Origin: Raillietiella orientalis
Lineage: Eukaryota
Length of the DNA: 64,000 nt
NCBI GenBank assembly: GCA_036172245.1
Contig: JAYWIR010000004.1
Location: 5,890,001-5,954,000 of the forward strand
Direction of reading: 5' to 3'
Made by a program: the position numbers and the translations under genes. Each line of letters opens with the position of its first letter. The first letter of the stretch is position 1. Of the stretch, positions 12,300 to 25,620 are shown piece after piece. The notes under the pieces are model-generated. The model did not search any database and was not told where the DNA came from. It saw only the letters and a list, made by a program, of their open reading frames with translations.

Positions 12300-12950
12300 T
12301 TAGTCACTTCCTTATCAAACACAGATGGCTTTTCTCACGTTTGAATCAGTTTCCCTTCTTCTTCTTTCCATGGCGAGCATTCGCCGCCCCCCTGAGTCAG
12401 CCATGTGTCCGTAGATTAGCACTTCAGTGGCTTGCAATCTTTCCTTTTGGTTTATCAGCAAGCAACAACTGTCTTTCTGCTCCTGATTCCATGCTCTCGA
12501 AATCTTTTCCATCAGTGGGACCTTCCGTGGCTCCCCAAGTTTCCTGCTAAGACGAAACGAGACTGGGATCCCTTCGAGTGGGCATTCCACCTTTTGTCCA
12601 AAAGTGGTTTCCTGTTTGCAGCTGCGTTCTCCTTTTGTGCTGTGACCCTCCCCAGATCAGACGGGTTTCACGTTGCTTCTGAACTCTGATGCCAGTCCGC
12701 GTCTATCCTTTGCTGAGGAATCAAACAAAGGGGGTATGGACTAAAAGTGGACCAAGGAAGAATGGGGAGAAATTTCCGAAAAGTCGCTTCTTCAGCGTTC
12801 CCTCTTCATATCTCGGTGCCACCCAGATGTGAGCCATTCTCAGCATCTACCTCCCGTTGCCCTTGGCGTCTTTGCAAAAGTCACTCATATGTTTGCCGCC
12901 CGGAGGAACATTTCTCAACAGGGATCATAAGGGACGCTTGAAAGAATACC
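12300..12950 (-). mobile_element. Decayed RTE-like LINE, C-terminal RT region
   Basis: SHLGGTEI (F.YLG..I), QQRIDADW (I..RI..GW) and EVLIYGHMADSGGRR (LRWYGHV.RM...R) occur in RTE order, with stops and frameshifts. Confidence 0.4.
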
Positions 12951-13499
12951 TTCTAGCTGCCCCTCTCTAGATAATTCCAGATAATCTACCATTACTTTTG
13001 CTGGAATTTTCATCTAACATCATCCTTATCTGCCACACTTTCTCTATTCTCTTTCTCATTAGATTGGTCTTACTCGTTTTTGCTGACTTTTCTTCTTCTC
13101 TGCTTTCGCTTCCACTTGGATTCCCGGTTTTCATCTGGGGATTTTCGAAATCTCAGCGCCGTATCCGGAATTGGCTACATGGACGCGAGTGTCGGTACAT
13201 GGAGAAAGTGAGAGTGAAGCAAGTTGCTGTGCACGGACGTGTGAAAACATGGGAATGTGTCTGGAGTGCGCTCTCAGCCTCTTTCACGAGAGCCGGTTTC
13301 GTAGATGCGTACGGGATCCAGAGGCTTCAGACGACTTACGAATCCTCTTTGCAGGGATGTCTCCTTTCCCTCGGCCGTTCTGCTTTTCCCTCCCCCTGCC
13401 TCCTTGTCGCCTTTTCGAAAAAAAATTCTCAGACTCGAATTCACAAAACCGTCTCGCCTGCACTTTCCCCTTTCGCACCGCGTCTCAGCATAGGTGAGC

Positions 13500-16400
13500 T
13501 ACCTCGGAAATGCACTCAATCGATTCAGCAGGTGCCGGAAGTCTCTCGGGATACACGCTACGGAAGCCCATGCTGCCGGGATGCCTTCGCGCGCGTCTCG
13601 ATGCCTCCTCGCTCACTCCCAGCTAAGCAATCCCACCTCTCTCAGGAATCGCACAACCTCTGCCAGCCTTCGCTCTGGATGAGGGGAATTGGCTTGCTGC
13701 CACATGTGGAGGAATACTGCATAATTCCGTTGCCATCACTCTATGCTCTGCCTCCTCAGTCATCGAATCGTGTACTGCCACATACATCAGTATACGTTCT
13801 ATATCTATTCCCCAACAACTCAACTGCAGCTAAAAAGGTCATCACAAGCGCTACTGCACCCATCATTGCCATCTTCGCACCCACCTCTCCAACGAAAAAG
13901 ACCCATTGAGCAAATACTTGAGTTAACCCTTCAGCTCCACCACATTTCCTGCTTCAACCACAACTCTTAAACATACTAGGCCATCACAACAGCCTGCATC
14001 CAACTGGATCGTTGAAAATGAGGTTTTCTGTAAAGGAGACCAAAGATGAAAGAGGAAACGAAGCCTGACTCACAAGGACAGCATCCTTCATGGTCAAATA
14101 CCCACCTCGTTCAGGAGCGTGAAGCCACCTTGCCCAGAAGTTACAACAGGAAAACAGCTAACGAGCGATCCTTGCGAACCGAATCCTTTCAGGAACTCTT
14201 CAGATGAACATGGTAATCAGAGTGATGCAAGCAGCAGTCCCCATATAGGTTCTCAGAGGTTCTCAGGATCACGGTGGAAAAGGACGTCCATCATGCTGGC
14301 AGGAGCACACACCCCACGATCAACCTTACGATTTGTGCTTTCTGTCCTGTGGAGTCATCGAGAAGTCCTTGGCAGGGAACGGCAGGAATTTCTCACTGCT
14401 CCACATCCTCGTTTGAACTCTCCAGCCCAAAAGGACAAGAAGGCAAAACGCAAAATTGGAGGAAAGGGAAGCCGTGAGATGAAATGGCAAGGGTGACTCT
14501 GACAACTGCGGAAGAGGGCGAAATCATCACGCTGTCCAGTGAGCGAGAGAAAGTCCCTACTCGGGCCACTGATCGGAGTGGACTTGCAAAATTCAAAGTC
14601 CTGAGAAGGGAGGGATGCGATCCTGAATCAGATGTTCTCATCCAGTGATGTATCCTAAGGAGTGCACTTAAATCTTCCTTTCCAAAACTCCCAACACTCC
14701 TCAGCTGGTCTTTCAAGCAACCTGGCGCGCGAGGTCCCAGTACTCCTTCCCTCGGTCCGGATCACCATTGGTAGACGGCTACGGAATGCACTCCTCGCTT
14801 CCGATTACGAGGTGGCAGGGAGTCGAGAGGAAGGCTTTCCGATTCTGCTGGAAAGCCTCCGTAGGACGGTATCTTGTTCTTTGTTCAGGGAAGACCCCTT
14901 ACGTTGAAAACTCATTTCAACCGACAGGAGATGCAACATCTCTATCTGCCTCTACAAGAAGTGAATGAGACCATCCTTATCCATGGACTGCGTTATCGCT
15001 CTGCCCCCACGGAGGACGCACAGGTGAGAACGTCTCCGAGACGGGGCTCCACGCACTGAGAACACCCGAGAAGGCAAGTCGCTCCCTCCCCCCATCCGAG
15101 TGTTGCCACCGCTGGCTGAAGATCCAGGGTAAGCAAACAAGAGAAAGGGGAGTGAACCACGCTTTTGCGCGGAACCAGTACCCAACTCGCGCGCTGCCGT
15201 CAGAGTGAGCGGGCCGCGTGCTGACGAGCGGCGCCTTTCTGCAGCGCTCGTTTTCTCTACGGCAGTTGGCTAGAGATGAAGATGCAATCGGAGCGATGAC
15301 GGCTGTGGTGAACGAGCCGGAGGGCTCAAGGGTTGTCACTTGAAGAAGACCTCTGAGTCGACGGGGACAAACCAAGGGGCTGAAGAGCAAACCTCTTTCT
15401 CTCCATCCCTTCACTTCGCCCGAATCAGCTTCGAGGGATCGGGAGGCCGAGTGCATCGCTTTGGCGGAGCAACAGCACGCGAAGAACACGCTGCTGCAGC
15501 TCCACACGCCGATGCAAGCCGAAGATCTATTTTGGGCTGACCTCCCTGCCATGAGCAGAGAGACGCCGTAGTTTCCTTCTTCGCCTTTTCACTTCCACCC
15601 GTCTGGCTGTGAGGCAGCGAGACGAAGAGAAAACACCAGGAAGCGATCGCCAATCCGTGGTTCAGGTGGCAGGGGTCGACGTAGCGCGCAAGAGTCGTCA
15701 ACGGAGGGGGGAAACGGTGAGGTGTTCAGCGGAGCACTTCCGCGCACCCTGAACGAGGCAAAGATTCCGTCCCAGCCACGAGTCCCCACGGAGCAGGTTG
15801 AGCTTCCGATGAACAAGCGGCCGTTGGGCTCCAATCATCTCCTCCAGTGGGAGATCCCCACAGAAGCCGCACCTCTATGGGACTGCATTTCGGAAAAAGC
15901 TGGAGATTCCAGGAACGAACCGACCCTGTTATTGGACTGCAGAGAATAAATTCTCTGCGATTTCTGCCGCTTTCATCTCTGCGTTTTATCCATCTTCTTG
16001 ATCAACGCGCAGAAGATTATGGCACTCGTTTCCGAAGAACAGCAACACTGAGTCCATTGACACCAGTTCTTAACCATCGATGCCCCGGGCGATTCCTTCA
16101 TCTGAGGGATGCCCCAGAATTCAGTTGATGCTGCAATTATATGGGGTGCCAGGGTCAACCAGAAGGCGCCTCGTTTTGGCACATCCTCGTTTTGTGGCAT
16201 CCGGTTTTCGCATCTTGGGTGCCAGGACCTCAGAAGGCCAGCAGACTAGCAGAGTCAGCGGAACATCTGTGGTCCAAGGGGGGGGGGGCAGTGAGGTGTC
16301 TGCGTTCGGTGTTTTCTCCTTCTGGAGGACTTCTGAATGCGGTAGGAGTGGTCTCAAAGGGCAGGCGATATCCCGGGATGAGTCTTCCAGGCACGGGACG

Positions 16401-16780
16401 GACACAGGGGGAGAACAGAGGCGTAGGAGAGGTGGTGCGCGCCATCCGGCATCCTGGACTAAAGGTTTTCTCTACGAGCCACTCTGCCCTACAGCGCAGC
16501 CGATGCGTCCCTCCCTGCTCCGTCTGACGGGCGGGCACTCGAGAGCGGTCCCGCTCGGGGAACTTGCGTTCTGAGCGTTCTGAGCGTACTCCTGGTGCGG
16601 CTCACGGGAATCGCGGCTCGGGAGGAGAGTCCCGGAGACGCTGTTGTAAGAGCAGGTTGCGACAAGTCACTCAGGAAAACCGCTTGCCCAAGGAGGAGGC
16701 ATCGGAAAATCCAGAAGAGACCTCTTCGTTTCCTCAGGAGGAAAGTGGGGGAAATTCCTTGTCTTCTCTTTCTTGACCGG
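13500..16780 (+). mobile_element. Decayed long LINE (I/R1 group): endonuclease, RT and RNase H remnants
   Basis: Motifs in order: NILGHHNSLHP near 13970 (APE ILGDFNAHHP), ETILIHGLRYR near 14967 (FD.V.H.GL..K), KNTLLQLH near 15482 (TLL.LY), KVFSTSHSALQ near 16460 (RNase H IFSDS.SALQ), and a frameshifted W.AH-GIA..E...DA near 16593-16650 (WVP.H.GI.GNE.AD). Confidence 0.45.
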
Positions 16781-17755
16781 CGCCTTGCTGCTGCTCTTCA
16801 CCGGCCCGCTTGTTCGGCAGCACCGCCTCGCCGCGCGGGCACGGAGAAGTGCCCCGGGCGCTCAGGCGGCTGCTGCTTCCCGAACGCTTTCGCAACCCGG
16901 GCGGGAGTTTCCCCCGGACTCGGCCACCGATGGTTTTGCTTCGTTCCGGAGCGACCGCGTCGAAGGCCGCCAGCGCGGGACGCAATCCTTGCGCACGCGC
17001 GGCGACCACGAGCGCGCAGCCGCCGAAAATGCCCGGGGAGGCCATCACTGCGGCGACGCTTTCTCGGGCTCTCCCGGACGGTGGGGGGACCGGACCCGAA
17101 CCTCAGGTCCCGAAGCCAACGCTGCTGGAGGGCGGCTTTTCTCGGAGCCCGGGAGCTCTTCCTGGAGGGCCGAAAGGACGGCTGAGCGGGATCGCGCCGC
17201 GTGTGATGGAGCCCCTCCGGATGCAGCCTGTCCCGAGGGTCGCAAGCCGCGGCCACTTTCGAGGAGCCGGGGGATCGCGACGTGTCCTCTCCAGCCCAGC
17301 CGGGAGATCAAGATGGGGACGGAGGGAGGTTCTCAGAAGCTTCACTTTTTCGGACCAAGGAAGAGGAAGTGGAGAAGGAAGAGGCAAGGAGATATAAGGG
17401 AAAGGGGAGAGGGGGGAGGGGAAAGAAGCACGACCAGGTGTTGAGGGCGGGTATCTCCCTGCGGCAGTTACCGGGAACCCTTCCTCCCCACCAAAGGATG
17501 CTGGATGGCTCTCCGCCCTTCCGCCGCCACGTTTTCCGCAGCGACCTTCGTCTCGTCGTCAGGAGCCGCTCGCAGCAACTCGTTGCTGGGGCGCTTGCGC
17601 AACCCGGCGGTGGAGGGGGGGGGGGGAGGAGCGGCGGGCGTACGGACTGCACGTTCACTGCGGTCACGGGGTGCCCAGGCGATGCAAGGAAAGCGAGGCG
17701 GCGAAAGAGGGGCAGGGAGGGGCTTGGGAAGAAGACCCTCCTCCAGCCCCTCCTT

Positions 17756-17779
17756 AAAAAAAAAAAAAAAAAAAAAAAA
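17756..17779 (+). repeat. A24 homopolymer
   Basis: 24 consecutive A. A similar A22 lies at 44509-44530. Confidence 0.9.
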
Positions 17780-19119
17780 CAGCAGAAGAAAAAGAAGTCT
17801 CCGGCTGTGTAAGTCTTCGCTTTCGGAAAAAAAGGCAACCTCTTGGCCAGAAGAGCTCGCGCCGCCACCTCGGAGGAGGAGGGGGGGGGGCTGGATGACG
17901 AGAATGAAATGATTCTCTCTTCCGGATCACATCGACGGACCCACCCCTTCGGCCTGCTGTTGTTGCACAACCTCCGCGCAGATCGACGAGGATGAGAGAA
18001 AGCCTCGCTCGCCCGGCTGCATCGCGCGAGAGCTGCGACGCCGCGCGCCACATCACGCACACTTTGCTAATTGACCTTCAATGACTCCGAGAGCGGCCTA
18101 TTCGTTAGATTAACTCTTGGCTTCCGCGGCGAGTATGAGCAGCGTGGGGTACGTGGTTATCGCCGATGGTAACGAGCAAGGAAATTGCGAACCAAGCAAT
18201 TGGTCGCGTGGTTCAGGAGCACCCTTTGCTCTCTGCAGCGACGGAAACTCCGCGGGAGGCGCTCGTGGAACAACGGTAAGAATTCCTTGTTGCGCATTCA
18301 TTTTCTCGGTGAACACGTGCCACGTTCCTGCCACTTTGCGAGGGGCGGTTTCGCACGGAAGCGGGGTAAAGGGGTGCTGGGAGCAAAGCTTCCGTTCCAA
18401 AATTCTACAAGCTTCGTAGGCGAAAGTGTGTTTACGTTCCCACTGATGTTAGTGAACTGAATTTGAACGTCCGGCGTTCGTAATGGCGGATGGTTGCCGG
18501 CTCGCGTGCTCGCCCGCAATCCGAAGCGAAGTGTCCTGGTGCAATTCCCCTTTGCCTTGCTCGAATATTAAAAAATAGTAAGGATGGAAGAACATGATTA
18601 AATTGCTTACATTTTCCCATTGCATGTGTGCTGTATGTATGTTAAATGAAGAAGAATTTCTTTGTTCCCGTGTGTTTGAAAGGTATAGATTTCATGCACG
18701 TGGCGTTTCTGAGTATACTGTTTGTTTGCATTGGTATGGCATAACGTATGTGTCTCCTGTGTATTTCCATTTGTTTGATATTTGTAGGTCTGTTGTGTTT
18801 GCACGCCTAGTACTTTTATGCTTTTATTTATGTGGATTTGTGAATGAAAGTCTAGAAATAGTAGATAGATTTCTATAACGAAAGTTTGCAATCCACTCAT
18901 TACACAGAAGGGTTTCTAATAAGGTGCTAAAATATGAGGAAAAAACAAAAAAAAAAGCAAAAAGGAAATCTCCTAAATGGGACCTATTTTCTTAATCTTT
19001 GATGGCTTAGGTGTTCAGTCTGTGTTATGTGGCACTCTTTCGCTGCTCATGTCTAGAAGCGTCTGTTGCATTTGAAGTCTAACTAATAAACTGTAAGATG
19101 GATTAACGAAAGGGGAGGT

Positions 19120-19420
19120 GGACACGAAGCTTCTTTTGAAATTGTACGCCCTTCCATCCATCTCCAGAATGTCTTTGGCTAGGCCCTGGCTATCGGTCTG
19201 GTCTCTTGGCGGAGTTTGGAGGAAGAGTTGGAGACTACTCCAAGGCCTTCCGACTCTTGTAAATGTGCTTTCCCCCCTCCCCCCCCCATTTTCGGTATTT
19301 TAGTGCCGGTGCTGCTCCATTTTCCAGGGTATGATGCGGATCTATGGATTGTCAGGCAAGGTTGGTGTTTTTGAGACGTCGTGAGGAGAAATTCTTGGAA
19401 TCCGGTCGTGTTCAACTGGC
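19120..19420 (-). mobile_element. Decayed RTE-like LINE 3' fragment
   Basis: Frameshifted HTL/KMEQHR/KIPK (GHV.RM...RIPK) followed by TRVGRPW (R..GRP...W). Confidence 0.4.
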
Positions 19421-20649
19421 ATTTGGTTCTCTGTATTGAAACAGCGTGGAAGACATTCGTGAAAATACAAAATGCAAATCAATAAGTGAACGCGGCACAG
19501 TTAAAAAGAAAAAAAAAAAAACAAAGATTGTTTCAGCATAGGCAGTCTTTTTTGTTTTTTGTGTGTTTGAAAACCTCTGAACTTGAAGCTTCTTGAGTTT
19601 CGCAGCAGCGTATCAGTGGCAGCCGGTCTCTGTCCTTTTTTTTTCGTGCATGCCAAGAACGTTGTGGTCGTGCATAACGGAACAGAGTGTTCCTCTAGAA
19701 CAGTTCAGCGCTAGGTGTATTAGGTGCTCAATGACAGTGCTCCTTACTTCCCGCACCTCTTTTAGAATGCACTTTTAATCATCGTGTTCCAAGTCTATTA
19801 GCCCTCAGACAAGTGCGTCATCTCAGCTCCTCCTTACTAGCATCCGACTGCAAGAATGTTGACTCGTGCACGCATAGTTCGTTTTCTTGTGAGTATCTAA
19901 CAGCGTCGAAACATGAACATCCCCTCCTGGAACATTTTTCAATCGCCGCGTAGGAGCCCTTTTTCAATAAGCTTTTTTTTTTTTTGTTAATCTACGCTTC
20001 CGTTTTTTACAAAAGGGAAAGATCTTTCTGATTGCACTGTTTCGCAATGCATCCATCCAAGCAGACGGGAAGCTTGTTTGCAAATACTTGGTTCGAAGCA
20101 CACCTCATCGCAAGCTCTGCTCATCAGAATTTCGGCTGCATCACGTAGGAAGTTGAGGATGGCATTTATCGAAGCAACTCCACGTAAGGAGATCGCCTCA
20201 AAGCTGCGTTGACGGCAAAGCGTTGCAAAGGCGTCTTCGAGCGAAGGTCACGGAGACGCCTTTGTGGGGAGCGAAGAAATGTCACTTCAGGTGAACCCAA
20301 GACAAGTAGGTTTCCACGTGCGCCGACTAAGGACGAATTTTATCAGTTGCGCTCACCTCTTCGGCGAAGTATTCTTTCTCTCACTTATTCCTCCCCCTCC
20401 CCTCTTTCCCTGTACTCACGGTACACGGAGACAAAAATGCACTTCTGGTAATGCTGCCATGTCACAGAGTTTACCGAAAACGAAACCAACCCAAGTTTTA
20501 GAACCTAGAGCCCGGTCAGTGCTCGAGGATTAAATGGTCCCTGTTCTAGAGCGCTGCTTTGCGATGTGCGTATTACTCTTTTGTTCGGTTTTTGACGGGG
20601 TTTTCCAGAACATTCGATCGCGCAAACAAGTGCGCGCGTGTTTATTTCT

Positions 20650-23600
20650 CCTTTGTTTATCATCTGTTCCGGAGTTTATTTGTGGAGGACCTACTCTTGA
20701 GCAGCCTTTCTAACCATTCTCATCTTGCACATGCAACAGGAGAGTCTGTGTTTCAACCTGGAGCAAGATGGGACATCGGTCAGCTGAACGCTCTGCCTCG
20801 GAAAGCACACGCTTGTTCTCGAACAGGCTGATCCACTCTCTGTTCATCTTTACGAAAGGTGACATGGTTCCTGGATTGACTCTGCTCCCGCTCATATCTT
20901 TTGGAGGAGTGGCGTGGTTCCACCAAGAATTTTGGAATTTTCCCCTCACTGGATGCTCCCAGAAGGAGGATTTTTGAGAGGAAAGGAGAGAGGGAAGGGT
21001 ACACCTGACATGGGCCGAGTTTCTGCAGCGATGACGGAACCTCGGAGGAACCGGCGCTTCAACCCGAAAGTGCTCAAGAGATTCATGTTGTGGGTAGGAG
21101 CACGCGTACCCGTTCGAGAGGACGACTCCCAGCTGAGGTCCTCCCGGTCTGGGCAAAGTGCCAAAGGGCAGCTCGAGAAGAGATTCTTCACGAGGAACCT
21201 TACATTGGAGACCTTGGGAAGCGGAGGAAGTTCGCGGTTAATCAGAAGTGCTAAATTGAAAGAACCGCATCTTGTTCCCGAATTAGGGATTGGTCTTCTT
21301 TCTCTGCTGGTTTCTTATTTCTCGGTCGTCATTTGTTTTTCCTTGTTCGCTTTTTCTTGTTTTGATCTTTTCTGTATCCTCATTCCCAAACTGACCAGTC
21401 GATGTTCTCTGTATGTGTTGTCCATGCTGACTGTTGCCTCATGCTCTCCTCCGAGGAAACCTTGGCCTTTCTGTGGGAAACATGAACTCGACAGTCTCTC
21501 CCGAAGCTTGATGGTCTCCTTTCCTCTTTATGACGCGTACATCCTCTTTTATTTCCCTCTCACGCGAGAGTTTCTTGCCTGCATTCCCCTGGAACTACAG
21601 CTTTTATCCCTTTTTTCATTACTTGCATCAGCAAGTCCTGGAGCCTTTTCTGTTTGGAGGGATGGAGGCGGATTCTTGACGACGAAAGCAACTGGCGGTG
21701 AACTGTGTACTCCCAGCTGCTTCTCCTCCACGCGCTGTTCAAAGAGCGCCTTTCTCCTGTGGGGCTTAAGAAGGCAGGGAGCGTTTGCAGAGGGAGGTGT
21801 GCAAGCCCCTCAACAGACCAACCGGGTCACCGGTGACGGCCTGATAGGCATCCTCAAGGCATCGTCTCTCTCGATTCTCCAAGAATTTGGAGGCGCAAAG
21901 AGAGGTCGGGGAAAGAGACGAATCCAGCTGGAAATGCAAGAACGAAAGTGCTCTGAAGAACTCTGCTCAAGTGGTTTTCGAAAACGGCCAAGTGGACAAC
22001 AGGGTGACCCAGAGATGTTCTGCATTCCATCCGGGCACTTGAATTTCCTGCTTTTCGATCGAAGAAGCTCAGGTGCACAGGGCCAGAAAATCCATGAAGG
22101 AGCCTAACTTCTGGGAACTCGAATCGGCCGAACTGGTTCCTGCGTTTTCATCACCATTTGGGTGGACCATCGTTCAGCTTGGACCGTCTCGTACTCAATC
22201 CGGAGACAGCAAAGCTCGAAGATTTCTCTCCAAGAAGGCAGACCTGGCGGAGGATCCTCAGAGATCGATTTTTGACTTTCGATGGGAACGATCAGGATGT
22301 TCGTGAGGAACCGCATGATCGGTCGGTTCCGTCTCCAGCTTGGGTCTCTCTCCTTTGAGTTGAGAGGGTTACCCACTTTCCCGATCTGCACCTGCTCCCT
22401 TCAGTCGAGATTCCAACTGTGATGAAGACAGAGCCAAGGACACTTTGCCTCCCGTCTCATTCTTCCGGTTCTCTCACGTTTCTGCCTTCACCATGCTTCA
22501 GACTATTCCGGAGGATGCTCTCTTCCCCGCTACCGTTTCTTATTTTTCTCTCTTCATCCCGCACCGTTTCCCTGGAGATGGATTTTCCCTTCCAGCTGGA
22601 GTGGCTCGTGGCCCCTGTTCGCCTCTGCGCGCCGATCAGGCACTGACAAGCAACTGGGACGAGAAAATTCCCGCCGTGTGGACTTCTGGCTACTACGCTC
22701 CGCGGGATGGGAGCGCTTTCGAGGAGGAAGGGAAGAAACAGCAGTGAAGGAGCCGCTCCGTTTCTCTGACGTCACCCTGGTGGTGGTCCATCTGCGTTCC
22801 TTGTCTGTCGTTCTCACGAAACGCGGCGGAGTATGTCGTTGCGCCCAAAGTTTCCGCTCCCTGCCGGGTCTGCTTGAGCTGCTCTTTGTCTTGCCAGAGG
22901 ATTTTCCTCTTCCCAAAGAACAGGAAACGAAGCTTCTCTTAGGATTCGCATCTCTCACCTGTCCTCTAGCGCTCCAGGTTACTCGTTTCGAGAGCGTTAC
23001 GTACAAAAAACAGGAGTTCTCTTGCTTACGACGATGTCCTCTTCAGAAGTGGCACGAAGGACACTTATGAAGAGGTCACGACCTGGGTCCGTAGAAGGAA
23101 AGAGAGGTCACTCCTTGAAAGAGATCGTTTCGATTGGCCTTTTTTCTGTAACCCAGGACAGCTTGCCTTGCAACAATCTTAGTATCCAGTGCTATTGAGG
23201 TGGCTCCAGGACTTCCTCAGCAAGTCCCCCACTGAGAGTCTTGGCAGTTTAATGCTGGGTTTAAGGGAGCTCTGAGAAGCACTGGATCAAGAGGTTGCCG
23301 GCTGCAATCTTCCGTGGCGCCGCGGGAAAAAGGCTACTAGGCTAGCCTGAGATTCAGAGGCTGATGTTCCGTGCGATTCCGGCGGTGGTACAGGCTACTA
23401 CACCTGCGAGGCGATCCCGTTTACATGCCTGTCGTAGATGGCGGGTAGCAACCTCACTCAATGCAGCCGCTTTCGCCATTTTTTCCGAGTGCATGAATCG
23501 AGGAGTCGACGGAGATCGCAGTCCACGTCATCTTCGGAAGCACAGAACGTGCTCTCTGTGGACGGTTGACAAGGATTCATTCAGGATTCCACAGAGGGTC

Positions 23601-24280
23601 GACAGTAGCCGGTTGCTCCAGAGCAACCGACTACTGTTTTCGATTTCGTTTGCTCCTGAGACGGTTCCGGCGCGATCCTCAGGTATCGCCGGATATTGAG
23701 GGGTTGTCTGCTGCTCGGGCTGGGAGGCTGCTGACTGCGGAAGAGTGGCTTTTTCCCCTTCATGTTGGAGAGGAAGCAGCCATCTCCAACACGGAGTCTG
23801 TTTGTAATGAACAGATCGCGGGGCACGGGATCTGCGTGGATATCCAGAAGCCGAAATTGTTGCAGGATTCGCTTCGCCGATGCAAAGATAGGTTTCTGTT
23901 ATCTGTACGGAACTTTGCAAGGATGCTTCTACCCGAAGATATCCCCTTTTATTCTGGGTGTTGAATCGTTGCTTCTCTCCGCAGATCTCTTTTCTTTTCG
24001 TTGTTTGTTTTTGAGAGAAAGGGCGATGGTTTCTGTGGTGCTGTTGAGTAACATCATCAAAGAGGGGTCTTGCTTTGATCACGATCCTTTTTATTGTGGT
24101 CCAAAGATCTGCATCTTTTGAATCCGCAGAAGCTTCCCAAATGAAGCTCGAAGTAATCAGATGGAGAACTTTGCTGCTTAAAGAGGCTGAAGGAGGCGGT
24201 TCGCCTGGAACCTGAGATTCTTCGGGGATAGGGGGGGATGACCAGATTTACGGAAGAGTGATTCAGAACAGCTCAGTTAG
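20650..24280 (+). mobile_element. Decayed long LINE (R1/LOA/I group) with RT and probable RNase H remnants
   Basis: Motifs in order: FLPSPCFRLFRRML near 22480-22520 (RT1-2), *DSHLSPVL 22940-22966 (QGS.LSP.L), LAYDDVLF 23021-23044 (LAYADDV, about 27 codons after the QG motif), LLG*PEIQRLMFRAI near 23334 (WGL.PEI.R..Y.A) and FAWNLRFFGDRG near 24200 (weak W.P.H.GI.G). Confidence 0.55.
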
Positions 24281-24899
24281 TCAGAACGAGAGCCATGAAG
24301 TGCTCGTGACAGGCCGGGGTCCTATGGTCTCTAGGTGATCCTCGTCGAGAGGGCTGCAACATAACTGTCGTTCCGTCGGGCGTATACCATAACTTTGAGA
24401 GGCCCAACAGGAGGGAACTGGAGGCCGTAGTCAGTCCTTCGGTGATCATCGTCTGCCGAGAAGCCGCGATGTGTTTCTTGTCCCAACCTTCGCAAGCAAT
24501 CCTTTTAGCCCTCCTTCGCTTTTCCAAAGTCCTCTGTGGTCCAGTTCTCCACCTTCCATGCCTTTCGTCAACCCTGTCTTCCCTCCTCGGTCACATCACT
24601 TTCCCTCTCGTCGTTAGCCATCGCCCTCCTCACGCCTGCACAGCCGCATGAAATTCAACCCTGTCAACAACATCAGCACTCTCCTCTTACTGCAACTCAT
24701 CAATCTTCCACTTCGCTCGTTGCAACTCAACGACCGTGGTGACTGGGTGCCCGTGGCAATGTGGTGCGTAAAACGGCTGGCTTTGTTTTCAAGAAAGAGG
24801 GAGCAGGCATGCATAGGAGCCTAGCTCGAGTCAGTCCACGTCCAGGACACGGAACCTGCTGGGGCGTTGGCTGCACGTGAGATTCCACCGGTCCCAGGG

Positions 24900-25620
24900 C
24901 AGCCGTGTGAGAAGGAAGAGAAGTGTCTCGGTGGTCCGCAGTCAGTCCAGCGCGTGATGTCGCCGCTTGACGCGAGATGGCACATGCAATCCGAACGCAC
25001 TCGGATGACGAACCTCGTACCGAGGGCACGGCTTTCCTCGTTAGACCTGGCCGAGCCTTCCGGATGGAGGCCGCGAGGTGGCTCCGTCGCAGCTGGGTTG
25101 GGGACTGCGTGTGGGACGGACAGAGGAAAGGGTCGGTGACGTTGAAAGGGGAAAAGCATGAAGAAGAAAAGGGGATGAGTGAGACGCACTCAGGAATGCC
25201 TGGCAGTACCAAGGAGGAGCTAGAGCTGGTCCTCCTCGTTTGTTCCCTCGTTGCGTGGCTGAGACGAGGTCTCGATTAAAGCGACACACCGAGGTGCAGA
25301 ATTATTCATCCTCACCATTCTCCAGTTCTAGATCAGGAAGAAAGGGTAAGGGGGTACCAGCCTTGGGAAGGGTCTTTCTAGCTGACCTCTCTCAGTGCAT
25401 GCGGAGGCAAGAAAAGGATCCTCGAGGACACGATTCCTGGAAATCGGATGCCTTGGGGGGTTGGTTGGCTGGCGAGCTTCGTAGCCCTTGAGATTTTCAA
25501 GCGAAATTCCCCGTCCGGCCTGCATCTTCGTTCGGCTTCTTCCCGGACCAAGGTGTTGTCAAAGGGTTAGAAAGAGAGCTCCGTCGTTGGCAAGCGTGCA
25601 ATCCTGTTTCAAGGGTGAGC
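24900..25620 (+). mobile_element. Possible decayed LINE APE endonuclease fragment (RTE-like)
   Basis: GTAFLVR (GVAFLV), KHEEEKG (EEKE.FY), GHDSWKS (HK.TW.S) and ACIFVR (IDYILV) occur in order but are very degenerate. Confidence 0.3.

Noticed and set aside
12998..13909. 303-aa ORF
   Set aside because: Non-ATG start and no coherent domain. It runs from low-complexity sequence into the decayed endonuclease region of a LINE fossil.
20914..22107. 397-aa ORF and a GPPGLGK Walker-A-like string near 21137 in another frame
   Set aside because: The P-loop has a stop immediately before it, no hydrophobic beta-strand and no Walker B. The ORF lies in a LINE fossil and crosses T-rich non-coding-like sequence.
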